DNA of 64,000 bases from the human T2T-CHM13v2.0 reference genome, Homo sapiens. The DNA lies in NCBI RefSeq assembly GCF_009914755.1, contig NC_060932.1, one strand, 5' to 3'. The translations under genes were made by a program, and so were the position numbers. The notes under the pieces were generated by a model that saw nothing but the letters and a program-made list of their open reading frames with translations, searched no databases and was not told where the DNA came from. Of the stretch, positions 37,250-55,114 are shown piece by piece (the stretch's first letter is position 1; each line of letters starts with the position of its first letter).

Positions 37250-37495
37250 TCCCAGCATTTTGGGAGGCCAGGGTGGGCGGATCACCTGAGGTCAGGAGTT
37301 CGAGACCAGCCTGGCCAACATGGTGAAACCCCATCTCTACCAAAAATACAAAAATTAGCCAGACGTGGTGGCATACGCCTTTAGTCTCAACTACTCAGGC
37401 AGCTCAGGCAGGAGAATCGCTTGAGCCCAGAAGCCACTGCACTCCACCCTGGGTAGACAGAGTGAGACCCTGCCTCAAAAAAAAAAAAAAAAAAA
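37250..37495 (+). mobile_element. AluS, 5'-truncated with an internal deletion
   Basis: Alu body and A tail. Confidence 0.92.
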
Positions 37496-40400
37496 TCACA
37501 AGGCACGGTGGTAGCACTGCTGGCTAGTTGGACCTGGCTGTGCCTACTGAGTTGTCCTGAGAGAACACCAGGTTGTGTACATGCTGTCTGGATTTGTGGG
37601 AAGTGTGGGGGGCTTACCCCTTTTCCCTGCAGTTGTAGAAAATGTGATGCAATCTGCTCAGTGTAGTTCCAGCCACCCCTTAAGATACCTGGCAAAACTT
37701 AGCATAGTGTGGATCAGAAGGAATCCAGAAGCATATAGTGGCACCAGCCTATGTGTCCTTACGAATCTTGTATTCCCCTGAGTTAAACTTAGAGCCTCTG
37801 AATTTGCGGAAGGGACAGAAAGGAAAGATGTTCTGTTGTGGGGCTGTTCCCAGGCTCAGCTTCCTCACACTGAGGCAGTGCATCCAGTACTGAAATAAGG
37901 AACATTGCAATGATGCCTGGGGTCAGCAAGTGGCCTTGCTGACATCACAACATGTGCATTTCTCACTGTTCTTGGTTATTTAATTCTGGTCTGGTCCATT
38001 GGATTAGAGCCAGATTAAACATCAATAAATTTTGAGTTTACTATTAACAAAGAGCAGAGTCCTGCTACCTTACTGTTACTTTGCTAGGTGCTAAGAGAGA
38101 AATCAGAAAATTTAAGGCATGGATTTTGGTCACAGGGAGCAAAATCTAGTCTTCATTGGCTAAGAAGCCTTAAAAACCATGTAACTGTCACATAGTGGCA
38201 GACCACGAGCAAAAAGAAAAAAAATGAACCCTGCTTCTTCTTGGCTGTTTTATGGAGATGGTGCATTCAGCTGCCTGGTGTTTAGAGGAACCAAATGTAC
38301 AGAAATGAAACCGTTCAGGAGATTCCCAGAGCTAACTGCAGGGTGCTGCAGGGATGTGGCAACTGAACATCCAGGAACTGTAACAAGACAGTGTTTAAAT
38401 AGGTCAAAATGAAGCAGTCCAAAGCAGGAGTTCTGACTTCTGGTTTCTAGTCTGGCATATAAGGCAGGTGGAAGTTGTCATTCCTGTCTTCACAATAAGA
38501 AAAAGTTGAACAAACTAAAAATCAATGGTTTTTAGCTTCATCAGAGAATTGTCACAGAACAAACAGCTGCCCCCCAAATTGGAGCAAATGACAGGCAAAT
38601 AAACAGAGAATCACAGCTTCCCAGAGCAAAAGACCTGAAGGGGACGTATCCAGCAGAACTCAGAAGCAGCCTAAGAAAACTTCAATTAATTCACACATTG
38701 CCAGAGGCTCGGTGTGGACAAGCTTGCAAGTTACACTCCAGGGGGTCCTGTCTTGGAGAGAGGGGGCACACTTTTGTTTTATGTTTTATGTTCTATGTCT
38801 AGGAACCCTGCTAGGTTCTCACTGTGAAGATCAGGGAACAACCCATTGTGCTTGTATCGGGGGAAGGGAAAGGTAGCCATTTAACAGTATACCGGAGCAT
38901 TCAGCCCTCAAGAGAAACTGTTTTACCAGAGTCTGACCAATTGGAGTTTTATTGGAGCCCAGTTAACTTGGGGGGAAGGAAGAACGCCAACACCAACTCC
39001 AGATTTCCTCCAGCCTTCCTGTTTCTCTGGGGAGAAAAAAGCTTAGAAGCACCTGTCAAGATCTCAGCCCAGAGGCACAGGCTTACTAAAGACCTAGACC
39101 TCATCATAGGACTATAGAACACCTCCCATACCCTGACACCATACCACCACATCAGCAAGGCTCCTGTGTAGTAACAGAGGAATAAAATGGAAAGAACTGA
39201 GCATCTCAGACCTTATTTAAGAAGGCTGTAGAGAAACTCAAAGATAACAGGGGAGACAAAAACATGGACACCAGAGAAAATTTTAGCTTCGGAAAACACT
39301 CTAGCAAACAATAAAGACGGCCCATCATTAAAGTCGCCAGGTCAACCAGATGTAGCCTCTGTAGGTGTTGGCCTTGGCGACCAGCTTGGGATCAGTATGG
39401 TTCGCCAGATGGCCCCCACTGGCACCAGTCTTGGTTGGGTTCACCAGATGTTGCCTGTGGGCTACTGTTTTATTTTATTTTTCTATTTCCATCTTTGGAC
39501 AGAGAGCTACTATTCTTTTAATGGACGTGAAATGGTGAAGGCACACAAGCATATTGCTGTCATTGTTTTCTTGCTTTCCTAAATTACTTTTACCAGTGGT
39601 ATATCTTTTTTTAAAAGCTATCTACTTGGAGATGGTGTGTCTTGATTGACATCTCATGGAGAAGTGGATGGGGAAAATACTGGTTCTGTGGAAAGACTCT
39701 CTCCGTTAGTGGCTTGCTCATCCAGCTCTGATCTTTCTGTTCCAGGACTCTCCCTGTTTCAACAACAGCAACAACATGATAATAACAAACCTCACATATG
39801 TTGTTCCACTGGATAATTGTAATTTTTTAAAATAAATCGTTGTAAAACCAAGGACAGTTTCATCACTTTTTTCTATATAGCTGTTCACATGGGGCCAATC
39901 TGTCTTTGCAAAAAAGAAGTGAGAAAGGAATCCTTGATACTTTCCCCTAGAAGTCCAGCATCTGCTTGTTTAAATACATATCTCATGTAAAATGGGAAAG
40001 ATAAAAAATATTGAAAAGTGAAGTTTTAAAACCTTATACTAAAGATCTTTATACTGCAGTCTGTCTCACACAATATATCATTGTCTGGCTTTCAACAACA
40101 AAAAATTACTAGGCGTTCTAAAAGACAAATAAGTCACAGTTTGAAGAAACAGAGCAAGCATTAGAACCAGACTCTGGTTTTGCAGAGGTGTTAGAATTAA
40201 TCAGACTAGGATTTTTTTTAATTCCTAAGATTAATATGTTAGGGGCTCTAAAGGGAAGATTGGACAACAGGCAAGAACAGGTGGGTGAAGGAGAGAAATG
40301 GAAACCTTAGGAAAGATCAAAAGGAAATCCTAGAAACCGAAGGCACCATAACAGAAGTGAAGAATGCCTTCGATGGGCTCATCAGTAGACTGGACATGGC

Positions 40401-40837
40401 CACTGAAAGAATTAGTGAGCTTGAAGAAATGTCAACCAAGACTCCCAAAACTAAAATACAAAAAGAAAAAAGAGTGAAAAAAAAAAGGGAACATAATATT
40501 CAAGAACTCTGGGACATTTGCAAAGGGTATGGCATATGTGTAATGGGAATACCAGAGGAGAGGAAAGACAGGAAGTCAAAAAAAGAATTTTTCCAAATTA
40601 ATGATAGGTTCCAAACCACAGATGCAGGAAGCTTAAACACCAACAGGATAAATAAAACAAAATCTACGCTTAAGCATATCATACTTAACCTGCAGAAAAT
40701 TACAGACAAAGAAAAAACACCAGAGGGGAAGCTGGCAGAAACATACCACCTATAGCGGAAGAAGAATAAGAATTACATCAGACTTCCCTTCAGAAATCTT
40801 GCAAACAAAAAGATGTAGCACAATATTTAAAGTATTA

Positions 40838-41185
<348 letters not shown>

Positions 41186-41893
41186 CTATATCTAGCAAAA
41201 ATATCCTTCAATGGTGACAAAAAAATAAAACACTAGCCCAGACAAAAACTGAGACAATTTGTCACTACTAAGGCTACCTTGCAAGAAATGTTAAAAGAAA
41301 TTATTCAAAAGGAAGGAAAATAATATAGATCAGAAATTGAGATATACATAAAGAAAGGAGGATTATAAGTGAAGGAAAAAATGTAGGTAAAATAAAACCT
41401 CAATTGATCTAACACATAAGTTTCTTTAAAATAATAGCTAAAATGTATTCAGTGGTCATAGTTCATGTATAAATGAAATGAATGACAGCAATATTATAAG
41501 AGATACAAGGAGGAATTAGAAATATTTTGTTATTGTAAAGTACTTGTGCCACCCATGGAGTTGCATAGTGTTATTTAAAAGTGGACTTGAATTACTTTTA
41601 AATGCACATCAAACTCAAGAGGAACCACATAAAAAAGTAAAAAAGGAAGTACAATCATATATCACTTAATGATGGGGATATGTTCTGAGAAATGCATTAT
41701 TAGGTGATTTCATCATTATGCAGACATCATAAGGGCACTTATACAAGCCTAGGTGATATAGCCTACTACACATCTAGGCTGTATGGTATAGCCTACTGCT
41801 CCTAGGCTACACACTTGTATAGCATGTAACTATACTGAACACCATGGAACATTGTAACAAAATGATAAATATTTGTGTGTCTAAACATATCTA

Positions 41894-42166
<273 letters not shown>

Positions 42167-42621
42167 TTAGAACCATGGTGTCAGAAAAAAAAAATATCTA
42201 AACATAGAAAACGTACAGTAAAACTATGGTATAAAGGTTAAAAATGGTGCCCCTCTATAGGGCACTTACCTGTCTGTAATGGAGCTTGCAGGACTGGAAG
42301 TTGTTCTGGGGTCAGGGGCCATCAGTGAGTGAGTGGTGAGTGAATGTGAAGGTATAGAACATTACTATGCACTACTGTAGACTTTATATAAACACTGAAC
42401 ACCTAGGCTACACTAAATTTATAAAAAAGCATTTCTTTCTTTAATAATAAATTAACCTTAGTTTACTGTAACTTTTTTACTTCATAAACAATTTTTCTTA
42501 ATTTTTTATCCTTTTGTAGTAACACTTGGCTTATAACACATTGTACAGTTGTACAAAATTATTTCAAAAATATTTTTTATATCCCTATTCTAAAATTTTT
42601 TTCTATTAAAATTTTTTATAA

Positions 42622-42893
42622 CTTTTTTTTTTTAAAGGCAAGGTTGTGCATCCCCCAGACTGGAGTGCAGTGGCGCAGTCATGGCTTACTGCAGCCTCAA
42701 ACTCCTGGGCACAAGCGACCCTCCCACTTAAGCATTCCAAGTAGTTAGGACTCCAGGCATGCCACCATGCCCAGCTATTTTTTAAAAATGTTTCTCGCTA
42801 TGTTGCGCAGGTTGGTCCCAAACTCCTAGCCACAAGTGTTCTTCCCACCTTGGCCTCCCAAAGGTATTACAGGCGTGAGTCACTGTACCCAAC
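42622..42893 (-). mobile_element. AluJ inside Tigger3
   Basis: Diverged Alu. Confidence 0.88.
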
Positions 42894-43768
42894 CTTATTT
42901 AAAAACTTGTAAAGTTTTTTTGCTAAAAATGGAGATACACAAACATTAGCCTAGGCCTACATGGGGTCAGGATCATCAATGTCACACTGTCTTCTACCTC
43001 TACAACTTGTCCCACTGGCTGGCCTTCATGGGCAGTAATGTGAATGGAGCTGTCATTTCCCATGACAACAATGCCTTCTGGAAAATATCCTGAAGGACCT
43101 GCCTGAGGCTCTTCTTGAGGAGATGTCATTCCTTTTAGAAATATATCCATGGTAGATCACTTGGTTTGTTGCTTTATCATCATAGATTTGCTTATAAGCA
43201 GAGAATACACCGTGAACATTCCTCAACATTAATGAAAACCTTTTGGTACTGGGGTTTGTGTTTTCAGAAGACTTTTTAAGGAGCCTGTTGAGGTCTGTAA
43301 AAGTTTCTGCTAAACCCTTCAGTGAGAATTTTCTTGGGGATTCTACTTCTGTTTCTTCTCCTGCAGTTTCCTTTTCTCTTACCTCTTCTTCCGGTATGCA
43401 TTTCTGTTCCAGTTCCAAGAAAGTCTTATTAGTCAATTTCTCAGGACAACATTACTAGGCAGTAAGAATCTTTCAGCTCCATGATAAACTTACGGGACCA
43501 CTGTCATATATGCAGTCTGCCATTTACTGAACCACCATTATGTGGCATACGACAAAAATTATTACATTAAGAGAAGAAAAAAATAGAATCATATAAAATG
43601 GCCAATTAAAACTATAGGCAGAAAAAGAGTAGAATACAATAACAGAAAGACAAGGGCAAATAATAGAAGACAGTAACAAATAGTAGATATCAGTCCTGCT
43701 GTATCAATAATTGCTTTAAAGATCAGTGATCTGAACTCTAATTAAAAGACAAAGATTGTCAGAGTGGA

Positions 43769-44191
<423 letters not shown>

Positions 44192-44966
44192 TAATTTCAA
44201 ACAAAGCCAATTTTAGAGCAAGAAAAATTATCAAAGATAAAGAGGGAGTATTACATAATGAAAAAGGATCAGTTCTCCAAGATGGCGTAACAGCCCTTAA
44301 TGTGTATTTATGTGACAACAGATTTAAAACACATAAGGCAAAAAACTGATAGAACTGCAAAGTAAAACAGACAAAACCACTATTACAGCTGGAGACTTCA
44401 ACACTCTTTTATAAGTAATTGACAGATCCATCAGGCAGAACTCAATAAAGGCATTGTTGAACTGAACAACACAATCAACAGAATCTAATTTACATTTATA
44501 GAATACTTCATTCAACAGCAGCAGAATATACATTCTTCTCAAGCTCATGCAAAACATTCACCAAGGCAGACCAAATTCTGGACCATAAAACACATCTTAG
44601 CAAATTTAAATGATAGGATCATACAGAGTATGTTTCAGACCATAATGGAATTAAATTGGAACTCAGTAACAAAATACTTGGAAGTTAAACAGTACACTTC
44701 TAACACACATCAAGAAATCCCAAGAGAAATTTAAAATATTTTAACAAAGTGAAAATGAAAATACAACATAACCAAATTTGTAAGTTTCAGTGAAAGCAGT
44801 GTAAAGAAAATTTATAGCATTGAATGTACACAATAGAAAAGAAAAAATATTTAAATCAGTAAATCTAAACTTCCACTTTAGGAAACCAGAAAAAGAAGAG
44901 TGAATTAAATCATAAATAGAAGGAACAAAATAATTTTTACCAATAATTAATAAATAAGATAATAAA

Positions 44967-46500
44967 AATTCTCAACTCAAAGTGGATTAAAGAATTAAAT
45001 GTAAAATCCCAAACTATAAAAACCCTGGAAGACAACTTAGGCAGTACCATCCTCGACATAGGAATGGGCAAAGATTTCATGACAAAGACACCAAAAGCAG
45101 TCACAACAAAAGCAAAAATTGACAAGTGGGATCTAACTAAACTAAAGAGCTTCTGCACAGCAAAAGAAACTAGAAGGAGTAAACAGCCTACGGAGTGGGA
45201 GAAAATATTTGCAAACTATGCATCTGACAAAGGTCTAATATCCAGCATCTATAAGGAACTTAAACAAATTTACAAGAGAAAACCCATTAAAAAGTGAGTA
45301 AAGGACATGAATGGACACTTCTCAAAAGAAGACATACATGTGGCCAACAAGCATATGGGGGAAAAAAAACCTCAACATCACTGATCATTAGAGAAATGCA
45401 AATCAAAACCACAATTACATACCATCTCACACCAGTCAGAATAGCTATTATTAAAACGTCAAAAAATAACAGTTGCTGGCGAGGCTGCAGAGAAAAGGGA
45501 ACCCTAATACACTGTTGGTGGGAGTGTAAATTAGTTCAGCCATTGTGGAAAGCAGTATGGTGATTCCTCAAGGGGCTAAAAGCAGAACTGCCATTCAACC
45601 CAGCGATCCCATTACTGGGTGATAAGGTTTGGCTCTGTGTCCCCACCCAAATCTCACCTTGAATTGTAATAATCCCCACGTGTCAAGGGCGGGACCAGGT
45701 GGAGGTAATTGAATCATGGGGACCATTTTTCCTGTGCTGTTCTAGTGATAGTGAGTGAGTTCTCATGAGATCTGATGGTTTTGTGAGTGACTGGTATTTC
45801 CCCTGCTGGCACTCATTCTCTCTCCTGCTGCCCTGTGAAGAGGTGCCTTGCACCATGATTGTAAGTTTCCCGAGGCCATCCCAGCCATGCAGAACTGTGA
45901 GTCGATTAAACCTCTTCTCTTCATAAATTTCCGAGTCCTGGGTGTTTGTTCTTAGCAACATAAGAACAGACTAATACACTTGGTATATGCCTAGAGGAAT
46001 ATAAATCATTATACCATAAAGACACATCCATGTGAATGTTTATTGCAGCACTGTTCACAATAGCAAAGACATGGAATCAACCTAAATGCCCATCAACAGT
46101 AGACTGGACAAAGAAAATGTACATATACACCATGGAATACTATGCAGCCATAAAAATGAACAAGATCATGTCTTTTGCAGGAACATGGTTGGAGCTGGAG
46201 CCTATTATGCTTAGCAAAGTAACACAGGAACAGAAAGCCAAATACCACATGTTCTCACTTAAAAGTGGGAGCTAAATGATAAGAACTTAAGAACACAAAG
46301 AAGGAGACAGCAGACACTGAGGTCAACTTGAAGAGGGAGGGTGGGAGGAGGGAGAATAGCAGAAAAGATAACTGTTGGGTACTGGGCCTAATACCTGAGT
46401 GGTGAAATAATACATACAAAAAACCCCCATGACCCATGTTTACCTATGTAACAAACCTTCACATGTACTCTCAAACCTAAAATAAAGGTTAAAAAGAAAA
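44967..46500 (+). mobile_element. 5'-truncated older L1PA/L1PB nested in L1MC
   Basis: ORF2 C-terminal pieces 45064-45563 and 46036-46275; L1PA15/16-like 3'UTR. Confidence 0.88.
45620..45978 (+). mobile_element. THE1/MST (MaLR) solo LTR
   Basis: TG...CA ends (tgataaggtttggctctgtgtcccc ... agactaataca); ~5-bp TSD ctggg/cttgg. Confidence 0.92.
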
Positions 46501-49500
46501 ATTAGGCAGAAATTAATGAAATCGAAAACAGGAAATTAGAGAAAATCAACAGAAAAAAAAAGCTGGTTCTTTGAACGATTAATAAAATTGATAAATGTGG
46601 AGCCAGATTAAGAAAAAAGGAAAAAAGACAGAAATTACTAATATCCACAGTGAAAGAGTGACCATTACTACTGATCCCATAGATACTAAAAGGATAATAA
46701 AGTAATATTTTGGAAAACTCTCTGCCCACAAATTCATTAACCTAGTTGAAATAGACCAATTACGTGAAAGACACACTCTACCAAAACTCGCACAAGGAGA
46801 AACAGATAATCTGAATAGACCTGCATTTATTAAAGAAAATCAGTAATAACCTTTCCAAGCAGAAAGCACTGCTGGGTTCACTGGTAAATTCTACCAAACA
46901 TTTAGGGCAGAAATTATACCTATTTTCTGCAATCTCATCCAGAAAATAGAAGCAGAAGGAGTACTCTATAATCTTTCCCAGAAAATAGAAACTTAAGGAA
47001 ACACTTAAGCACTAAGTGCAGGAGCAAGACAAGGAAGGATGCCCTTTTCACCACTCACAGATTGTGAGGGATGAAATAAAGCTGTCCTTATTTGCAGATA
47101 ACAAATAACTAATTCTATGAGACCAGTATTAAAAATCAGGCAAAGACATTATAAGAAAGGGAAACTTAAGGATCAGTGCCTCTCATGAATGTAGATACAT
47201 AAATAGTTAACAACATGTTGACAAATCAAATCTAACACATATAAAAAGAATTATCTACCCTGACCAAGTTTACCATTCAAAAAACAATTAATGTAATCCA
47301 TCACACCAACAGGCTAAAGAAGAAAAATCAAATCTTATGAATAGATGGAAGAAAAGGATTCGACAAAATCCAACACCCATTTTTTGATGTTAAAAAAAAA
47401 TAGTCAGCAAACTAGCAATAGAAGACACATCCTCAACTTGTTAAAGAACCTCTGCAAAGAAACCTGCAGCTGACATCATACTTAATGGTGAGAAACTAGA
47501 TGTTTTCCCACTGAGAGCAGGAGCAAGACAAGGAAGGATGCCCTTTTCACCACTCACAGATTGTGAGGGATGAAATAAAGTTGTCCTTATTTGCAGATAA
47601 CGTGATTGTGTATGTAGAAATTCCAGAGAATCACCAAAAAATTCCTGAACCTAGGATGTGATTATAGCAAGGCTGCAGAATATGTTAATATGTAATAGTC
47701 AGTTACTTATATACTAGCAATGAACAATTAGAGAATAAAAACAATGCCATTTACATTTGCATCAAAAAAATCAAACAGGTATAATCTAAAAATATATATA
47801 TATATATAAGATCTACATGAAGAAATGTACAAAATTCTGATGAAGAAATCAAAGAAGAGCTAAACAGGTATTCCACGTTCATAGATAAGAAGACTCAATG
47901 TTATTAAGATGTCAGTTCTTCCCAACTTGATTTGTAGATTCAGTGTAATTCCAATCAAAATGCCTATAAGTTATTTCATGGTTATCAACAAACTGATTCT
48001 AAAGTTTCTGTTGAAATGCAAAATACCTACAATAGCCGACTCAATACTGAAAGAGAACAAAGAGAAGTGACATTATCCAACTTCAAGAATTATGGTAAGT
48101 AATCAAGGCAGTGATACAGGAAAAAGAATAGCCAAATAGGTCAATGGAACAAAATATAGAACAAGAAATTGACATAAATATAGTCAACTGATCTTTGACA
48201 AAGAAGCAAAGGATATTTAATGGAAAAATAATCTTTTCAAGAAATTGTGCTGGAACACCTGAACATCTACATAAAAAAGAATGAATCTAGACACAGATCT
48301 TACACCAAAAAGTAACTCAAAATAGATCATAGACCTAAATGTAAAATGTGAAACTATAAAACTAGAATATAAGATAGAAGAGAATCTAGATGACTTTAAG
48401 TTTGGCAGTGACCAAAGGCACTATCTGTGAGAGAAAAAGTTTACAAGATGAACTTTGTTAAAATTTTTAAATTCTGCTCTGTGAAAGACACTGTTAAGAC
48501 AATGAAGACAAGCCATGGACATATCTTGTAAAGAACTTGTACTCAGAATATACTAAGAACTTTTAAAACTCAGTAAGAAAACAGACAACCCAATTAAAAA
48601 ATTAATAAAAGCTCTGAACAGACAACTCATTAAGGAGATGTACAGATGGCAGATAATCACATTAAAAGATGCTTGACATCATGTGTCATCAGGAATTGCA
48701 AATTGAAACAGCAATGAGATACCACTAGACATCTATTAGAATGGCTAACAGTCAAAACACACAACACCAAATGTAGGGAAGGATATGGAAGAACAGAACT
48801 ATCATTCATTGCTGATGGAAGTGCAAATTGGAACAGCCACTTTGGAAGGCACTTCAGCACTTTGTTACAAAAATACACATATTCTTACCATATGATCCAG
48901 CAATTGCACTTTTTGATATTTATCCAAATAATTGTTGAAAGCATGCCTATACAAACATGAGCATAAATGCTTATAGCAGCTTTATTCATAATTACCAAAA
49001 ACTTGGAAGTAACCGAGATGTCTCCAGTAGGTGAATGGATAAACATACTGGTGCATATTCATCCACACAATAGAATATTACTCAGTGACAAAATGAAATG
49101 AGCTGTCAAGCCATGAAAAAACATAGAGGAACCTTAAATGCATATTGCTAAGTGAAAGAAACCAATCTAAAAAGGCTGCATGCTGTATAATTCTAACTGA
49201 CATTCTGGAAAAGGCAAAACTATGGAAATAGTAAAAAGATCCATGGGGTTTAGAGGGAGGGAGAGATGAATAGGTGGTGGACAGGGTATGTTTAGAGCAG
49301 TGAAACTTCTGTATGATACTGTAATGGTGGACACGTGTCATTATGCATTTGCCAAAACCCATAGACCTGTACAACACGAAGAGTGAACCCAATGTAAACT
49401 ATGAACTTTACTCAATAAGGTGTCAATATTGGCTCACCAGCTGTAATAAATGTATCACATTAATGCAAGATGTTAATAGGGAAACTGAGATAGGTGAGAG

Positions 49501-49582
49501 GGTATATGGGAACTCTCAGTATTTCTGCTTCATTTCTTCATAAACCTAAAGCTACTCTAAAAATTAGTATATTAATTTTTTA

Positions 49583-49949
<367 letters not shown>

Positions 49950-49966
49950 CTATGAAAATAAATTAA

Positions 49967-50375
<409 letters not shown>

Positions 50376-50484
50376 CTATAAATTTGATATAGCTCTCTGT
50401 CTTGCTTTATAAAATAGAGAGTAAACCAAAGCCTTCAAAAGGAAATTTATATAAATTGAATCATATTTTTCTCTTTATGAATAG

Positions 50485-50937
<453 letters not shown>

Positions 50938-52573
50938 TAGCGGAGATTAACCTTTTTAAAAATGTATTAAGATTTTATATACTGGTAATTTTTTCCTTAT
51001 CAGCACACCATCATATGTAAGTCCTTTCTTACATCATTAAAAGGCACAGAAGAGACGGTGGGTATGCAGTGCCCAGAGCGAGGCCACCTCCCTTAGCCAG
51101 ACAAGGACCACACAGGGCCCATCCTACCTGGGGCTCAAGGCAGTGCTGAGACTTTTCAATGTTATTAATTGTTATTTTATTTCACTTTAGAAGATAAATG
51201 ACATCTCATTTTAATTTGCATTTTTTAAATTAAAGAGATTGAACACTTTTTCAAGCATTTCATATGTCCTTTTTGGTGGTTTTTCTGGCCATGTCCTTTG
51301 GCCACTTGACTGTTATTCTGGTGTTTTTCTAATCCACTCATGTAAATGCTTTATAAATCAAGACTCGTGTCCAAGAGGGGACAGTATTCAGTCCTGGGAA
51401 GTGGGGTTTGGTGCATACCTGACAATCTTAAGGTCCTTCACTTTTCTTCTTAAAAAAAAAAAAAACCCTTTTCCCAAGGGATGCTATCAGGTGTTGGTTT
51501 GAGTGCTTGTTGTGAGACCTGCAGCCTTGTTAGGACTGTCTGCTAGCAGCTGGGTTCCTCTCTCTCCATGGTGGGAAGCTGGCCTGGCCTTTCTAGTGCA
51601 TGGATTATGGATTGGACTGGCTTCCTTCTTATCCTAACCCAACTTTTAAAGAAAGAAGTAAAAATATTCTGTGGCCCTGAGAGACAGCAAATAAGAGGAA
51701 AAGGGAAGCACAGTTTTGCTGAATTTATTGCTCCAAGTTGACTGTATTATTCCCCCACATTATGCTTGATAGGAGGTAAATAAACCCTTGGAACTTGTGT
51801 AGTTCACAGTTTGAGGGACTCTGCTGAGACAAGGTTTGAATCCTAAACACTTTTTTGAATAATATCATAAGAAGGTTATAAGGCTAATTTAGGACCAAAA
51901 CTTCCAATGAAACAGAAGCAATAAAATTGTTCTCGCGGTTTCTCCTTTGATGGAGAGTGTGTAGGCCAGCCTGAAGCATAGGGGAAAATAAATATTGATG
52001 TCATCCAAAAAGAATTTGCTAACTTTTTATATTCAAATAAGTGAAAAAGAAAGTAAAATTGGTTATTTTAACTTACTTTTGAATTTTATTTAAAAAGTAT
52101 CCCTGTTACTACAGGATGATATTTTTTGAAAACTTATTTTACCAGGAAAAGCATTCAAAAAATATATAATTGCAAAATGACAATAAAATATTTTGACCCT
52201 CTTTTAGGCAGTCCCTAGCCCTCTTCTGCCCCTGTGGCCAGCCTACCAAGGCTGGGCATTGTCTCCTCTTAGGAACTTTCTCTAACTACATCTTTAGTTT
52301 AGAAGACTATCTTCCAAGGCATGCTTCTAATCTGAATGATTTACAGTATTGCCAGTACTACTTACCACCCTCTGTGGTCATTTTCTTCTTCGTTTTCTTC
52401 TTGTCTTTCCCCCCATTGCCCCTAGATAGGTAGTCAGCTTTAAGTCAGGGCCTGTTTTATGAAACTTTGTGACTGGGACATAGTAGGTATTCATGAAATA
52501 ACTATTAAGTGAGTTAATGGATAATGGAATTTTTCTGATTTTACTTTATTGAAAAAACAGTGGTTTTAATTAA

Positions 52574-53020
<447 letters not shown>

Positions 53021-53318
53021 TAAGATGCTGAGCTGGGGCTCCAGCCTGGGTCTTTCTGACTCAGACACTTGCTTTTCACCACAATAGTGTATATATCTTC
53101 CCATGGGAAGGGAAATACTTTTGAAACAGTTTAAAATATAGTGAATAGAAGAACTTTTAAAACTTACTGTATTTAGTAGGTGATTTTCCTTTATGTTAAT
53201 GCTAGCAACACTCAGAATTAGGCCTGTGGCAATTCTTGCACATTTCACATAAAAGCTCAGAAATATAGTAGTTTTATCTTATTTTTACAGTAATTATCAA
53301 TTATTAGAAGAAAATATG

Positions 53319-53690
<372 letters not shown>

Positions 53691-55114
53691 CTATCTGATC
53701 TTTACTGAAAGTCCCCCAGGCACATTCTGGAAACCCCAGTCAAATCAGTTAAACACATGCACTTGCTGTCTCTCCTGATCAAATGAAGGTCTACAAAGTC
53801 TCAAGAAGAAACTACAGCAAAGTTAATTAAGGAAGAAGATTTCTGTAAGCAACGTCGTCTTAACTGTCATTTTCTTTTTTTTTTTTTTTAATCTTTGTCT
53901 AACATCCCCATGTACACCAGAGATTAACTTTCATTTTCTAATGACTAAGATTGTGAAAGAGAAAATTCTGGGCTGGGTGGGTGGTTGCCAACCATTTGTT
54001 ACTTTATGGGTACCTGGATGAGGGTTGTGGTGAATGTAACCAGAGGCAAATCCGAGGAGACCCTGTGAATGCCCAGAGTTGCGTGAGTGACTGGAGAGTG
54101 ATAAGGGATCAGAGCAGAGATTTCTGAAGGGGGAAAGCTGACGTTAAAGAAGACTTACCGCTCCCTTGGAATACCTGTCCCACTGGTTTCTAATTCAGAT
54201 TCCACACAGTAGCTAAGGATTTTTTTTAAAAAAAGTAAATCAAAGCACTTCCCCTGCTTGAAAATCTTTCAGTTAATGTATACACCTGGAGCTGATGAGA
54301 GGCATCCAAGTGCAGAGATTTTTAATTAAACTTTTTATTTTGAGGTAATTGTAGATTCGCATGCAGTTGTGAAAAGTAATACAGAAAGATCCTATGTATC
54401 CTTTACCCAGTTTCCACTAAGGGTAATATCTTGCAGAACTGTCATACAATGTAAAAACCAGATCTTGTTATGAATGTAGTCAAGATATAATAGTTTCAAC
54501 ACCAAAGGATCCTTCCTGCCACTCTTCATAGGCATACTATTTTCTTCCACCCTGTCACCCTCCAGAACCCCTAGCAATTGCTAGTCTACTTTATGTTCTT
54601 ATTATTTTGCATTTCAATAATGCTATGGAAATGGAATCATATAGTTTGTAACCTTTTGAAATTGGCTTTTTTCACTTGGGATAATTTTCTGGAGATTCAT
54701 CCCAGTTGTTGCATGTATAAGTAGTTACTTTTTACTGCAGAGTGGACGTCCCTGGCATGGGGGTATATCAGTTTGTTTAACTATTCACCCATGGAAGGAC
54801 GTCCAACTTTTATGAATAGTGCTGGTATGAACATTTGTCTACAGGTTTTTGTGTGAAGGTAAGTTTTCACTTTTCTGGGATAAATACCCAAGAGTGCAAT
54901 TGCTGAGTCCTATTGTTGTTGCATGTTTAGTTGTTTAAGAAACTGCCAAACTGGTTTTTAGAGTGGCTATTTCATTTTACATTGCCACGAGTAATGTGTG
55001 AGTGATCCAGTTTCTCCATACCAGCATTTGATGTTGTCACTATTTTTAAATTTTTATTCTGATAGATAGATAGTGATATCTCATTGTGGTTTTAATGTGC
55101 ATTTCCCTAATGCT

